Part shown: one piece after another, positions 62,621 to 64,000 of the stretch
Position numbering within the stretch: position 1 is the stretch's first letter
Layout of the letters: every line of letters starts with the position of its first letter
The notes under the pieces: model-generated
What the model was told of the DNA's origin: nothing
The model's database searches: none
Seen by the model: the letters and a program-made list of their open reading frames with translations, nothing else
Source of the DNA: Heteronotia binoei
Lineage: Eukaryota
Assembly: GCF_032191835.1 (NCBI RefSeq)
Contig: NC_083232.1
Span: 63,922,001 to 63,986,000, forward strand
Length of the DNA: 64,000 nucleotides
Reading direction: 5' to 3'
Made by a program: the position numbers and the translations under genes

Positions 62621-63629
62621 CACTCCATCCTCGAAACTTGGCTGCATTGGCCCGGAGGTCTGCAGCATATTCCTGGATTGACTTCTGCCCCTGCTGCATG
62701 TCGTGGAGGGCTGCCAGGGCCCGGGTCTCCTGGAGGGGGTCTTCGTACTGGGCCAACAGAGCCTGAAGGAACGTTGCTACATAGTCCAGTTCCGGGCTCA
62801 TGGCTTCGTACAGGCTCACGTACCACCTTTTAGCCGCCCCCTTCAGCTTCGACCCCAGGTAGTCCACTCGACTAAACTCATCAGGGAACGTATTCCGCCA
62901 ATAATGCATGTAGCTGTTTGCCTGGATCGTAAAGTACTCTACTTCATCCAGATCCCCGTCGAAGGTGGCATCGAGCTCCCTTTCTCTCCCTCCATCTCAA
63001 GGGGCAGGAGGGGGTGCCGCCGGCCGGAGCACTGCGGGCGGGGCCGAGGCCACTGCCGGTGCAACTGGAGCTGGTGCCGGTTGCTGCTGGATCGGTGGAG
63101 GTTGGGGAACCCTTCTGGGTCCGGGCAGCCCTAGAGAGCGAGAGATTTCTCGGGTAATTTCTCCCGCCATGTGGTTGGTCATGGTCTGCATCTCTGCCTT
63201 CAGGCCCCTGACCACACTCCCCACTTCCTTGCAGACCATCGCTCGAAATTCCCGGGCCATCTCGTCCTCCTCGTCTTTTGGAGCCGCCGCCCCCAGCTCT
63301 CCCTCGTCTGGCTCTGGGCACTCCTCATGCACCGGGACGACCACGATAGTGTCAATCTCCTCCGGCTCCATAGGCCCTGGATTGGGCCCCTCCGCGTTCA
63401 CCATCCACATCCTTCGCATATGCCTGGTCAGGATGGCTTCCCTCCTAGCCAGGGCCTCATCCATTGTGCTGGTGGAGGTCCGGGGCTGCCACTGCCTCGG
63501 GGTAATGAGGAGCTGCTGGATCTGCAGAGGCGAGGCCGCTGCTCTCCAGGCATCCAAGACGTGCCACGGAATAGACAGCCCTTTTTCAGTGTCAGGAAGC
63601 TCACCGCCTTCTGGTATCTTTTCAGCCAT
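62621..63629 (-). pseudogene. gag: gag (sushi/PEG10/RTL1-like capsid), one premature TGA, C-terminus deleted
   Basis: ORFs 62997-63629 and 62379-62909 share a frame (offset 720) across a single TGA; FDGD..V.YF..Q..SYM and QGQKSIQEYAADLR capsid motifs. Confidence 0.88.
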
Positions 63630-63668
63630 TTGGCTACAAAGTGGCCGGGGTGGTTAAGCTTCAAACGG

Positions 63669-63679
63669 ATTCTTAGGAA
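63669..63679 (-). promoter_or_regulatory. putative self-priming primer-binding site
   Basis: Minus strand TTCCTAAGAAT, 2 nt after the 5' LTR; 10/11 complementary to LTR motif ATTCTTAGCAA (63769-63779); does not start with TGG. Confidence 0.65.
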
Positions 63680-63681
63680 AA

Positions 63682-63912
63682 TGTCAAGTTGACAGATTCA
63701 AGAATGAGTCAAAGTTGATACTAAGATTACATTTATTGATAACCGGTACTCTGGCGCAAGCCTCTAGCTTGCTAAGAATGAAACCAATACATTGATACAT
63801 GGGTTTTAAGATACACTTCAAAAACATTCCTTGGGGGAGTGGGGTTCAGGAGGAAACAGTCATACATAACTACCAGATACTTTCTCAGGTGATAGCTGGC
63901 CTCCTGTCCTTG
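63682..63912 (-). repeat. 5' LTR remnant (U5, R and part of U3)
   Basis: Matches 60247-60477. Confidence 0.95.
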
Positions 63913-64000
63913 CAGTTGAACTTGTGGATCTTCTAACAAAAATCTGTAATCTTTCATTGAAATCTGCCTCCATTCCTGAGGACTGGAAGGTAGCAAATGT
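63913..64000 (+). mobile_element. CR1 ORF2 fragment (5' truncation point), continues past the window end
   Basis: Translates ELVDLLTKICNLSLKSASIPEDWKVANV. Confidence 0.85.

Larger units (their letters stand above)
60247..63912 (-). mobile_element. Gypsy chromovirus (Tf1/sushi-type) LTR retrotransposon, PR/RT deleted, 5' LTR cut by CR1
   Basis: 3' LTR 60247-60686 (TGTCAAG...CTTGACA); 5' LTR remnant 63682-63912; gag, RNase H, integrase and chromodomain in Gypsy order; polypurine tract next to the 3' LTR. Confidence 0.95.

Noticed and set aside
62944-63692. Long alternative-frame and antisense ORFs (230, 173, 143, 125 aa)
   Set aside because: Shadows of the GC-rich gag frame with low-complexity translations.

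Overview
Squamate (very probably gecko) genomic DNA, judged from its Sauria SINE, Squam3/MIR-like SINE, 5S-headed SINE, CR1, L2 and RTE content. It reads as a repeat-dense intronic or intergenic region, and I could not confidently identify a host protein-coding gene; the recognisable long ORFs belong to transposable elements. The main structures are: (1) a 2.5-kb non-coding foldback element (23692-26175) with AGTAGT...ACTACT termini, ~900-bp inverted arms and a 6-bp TSD, the terminal signature of Polinton/Maverick elements; (2) a minus-strand Gypsy chromovirus of the Tf1/sushi type (60247-63912) whose protease and RT are removed by an in-frame gag-RNase H deletion and whose PBS looks self-priming rather than tRNA-primed; (3) four solo LTRs; (4) about a dozen hAT-type non-autonomous elements, several with 8-bp TSDs, one carrying an array of hairpins that flip orientation independently; (5) CR1, L2 and RTE fragments, some nested. 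There is one assembly gap (31269-31449). All identities and alignments were done by eye, and family names come from recalled consensus features, not database searches.
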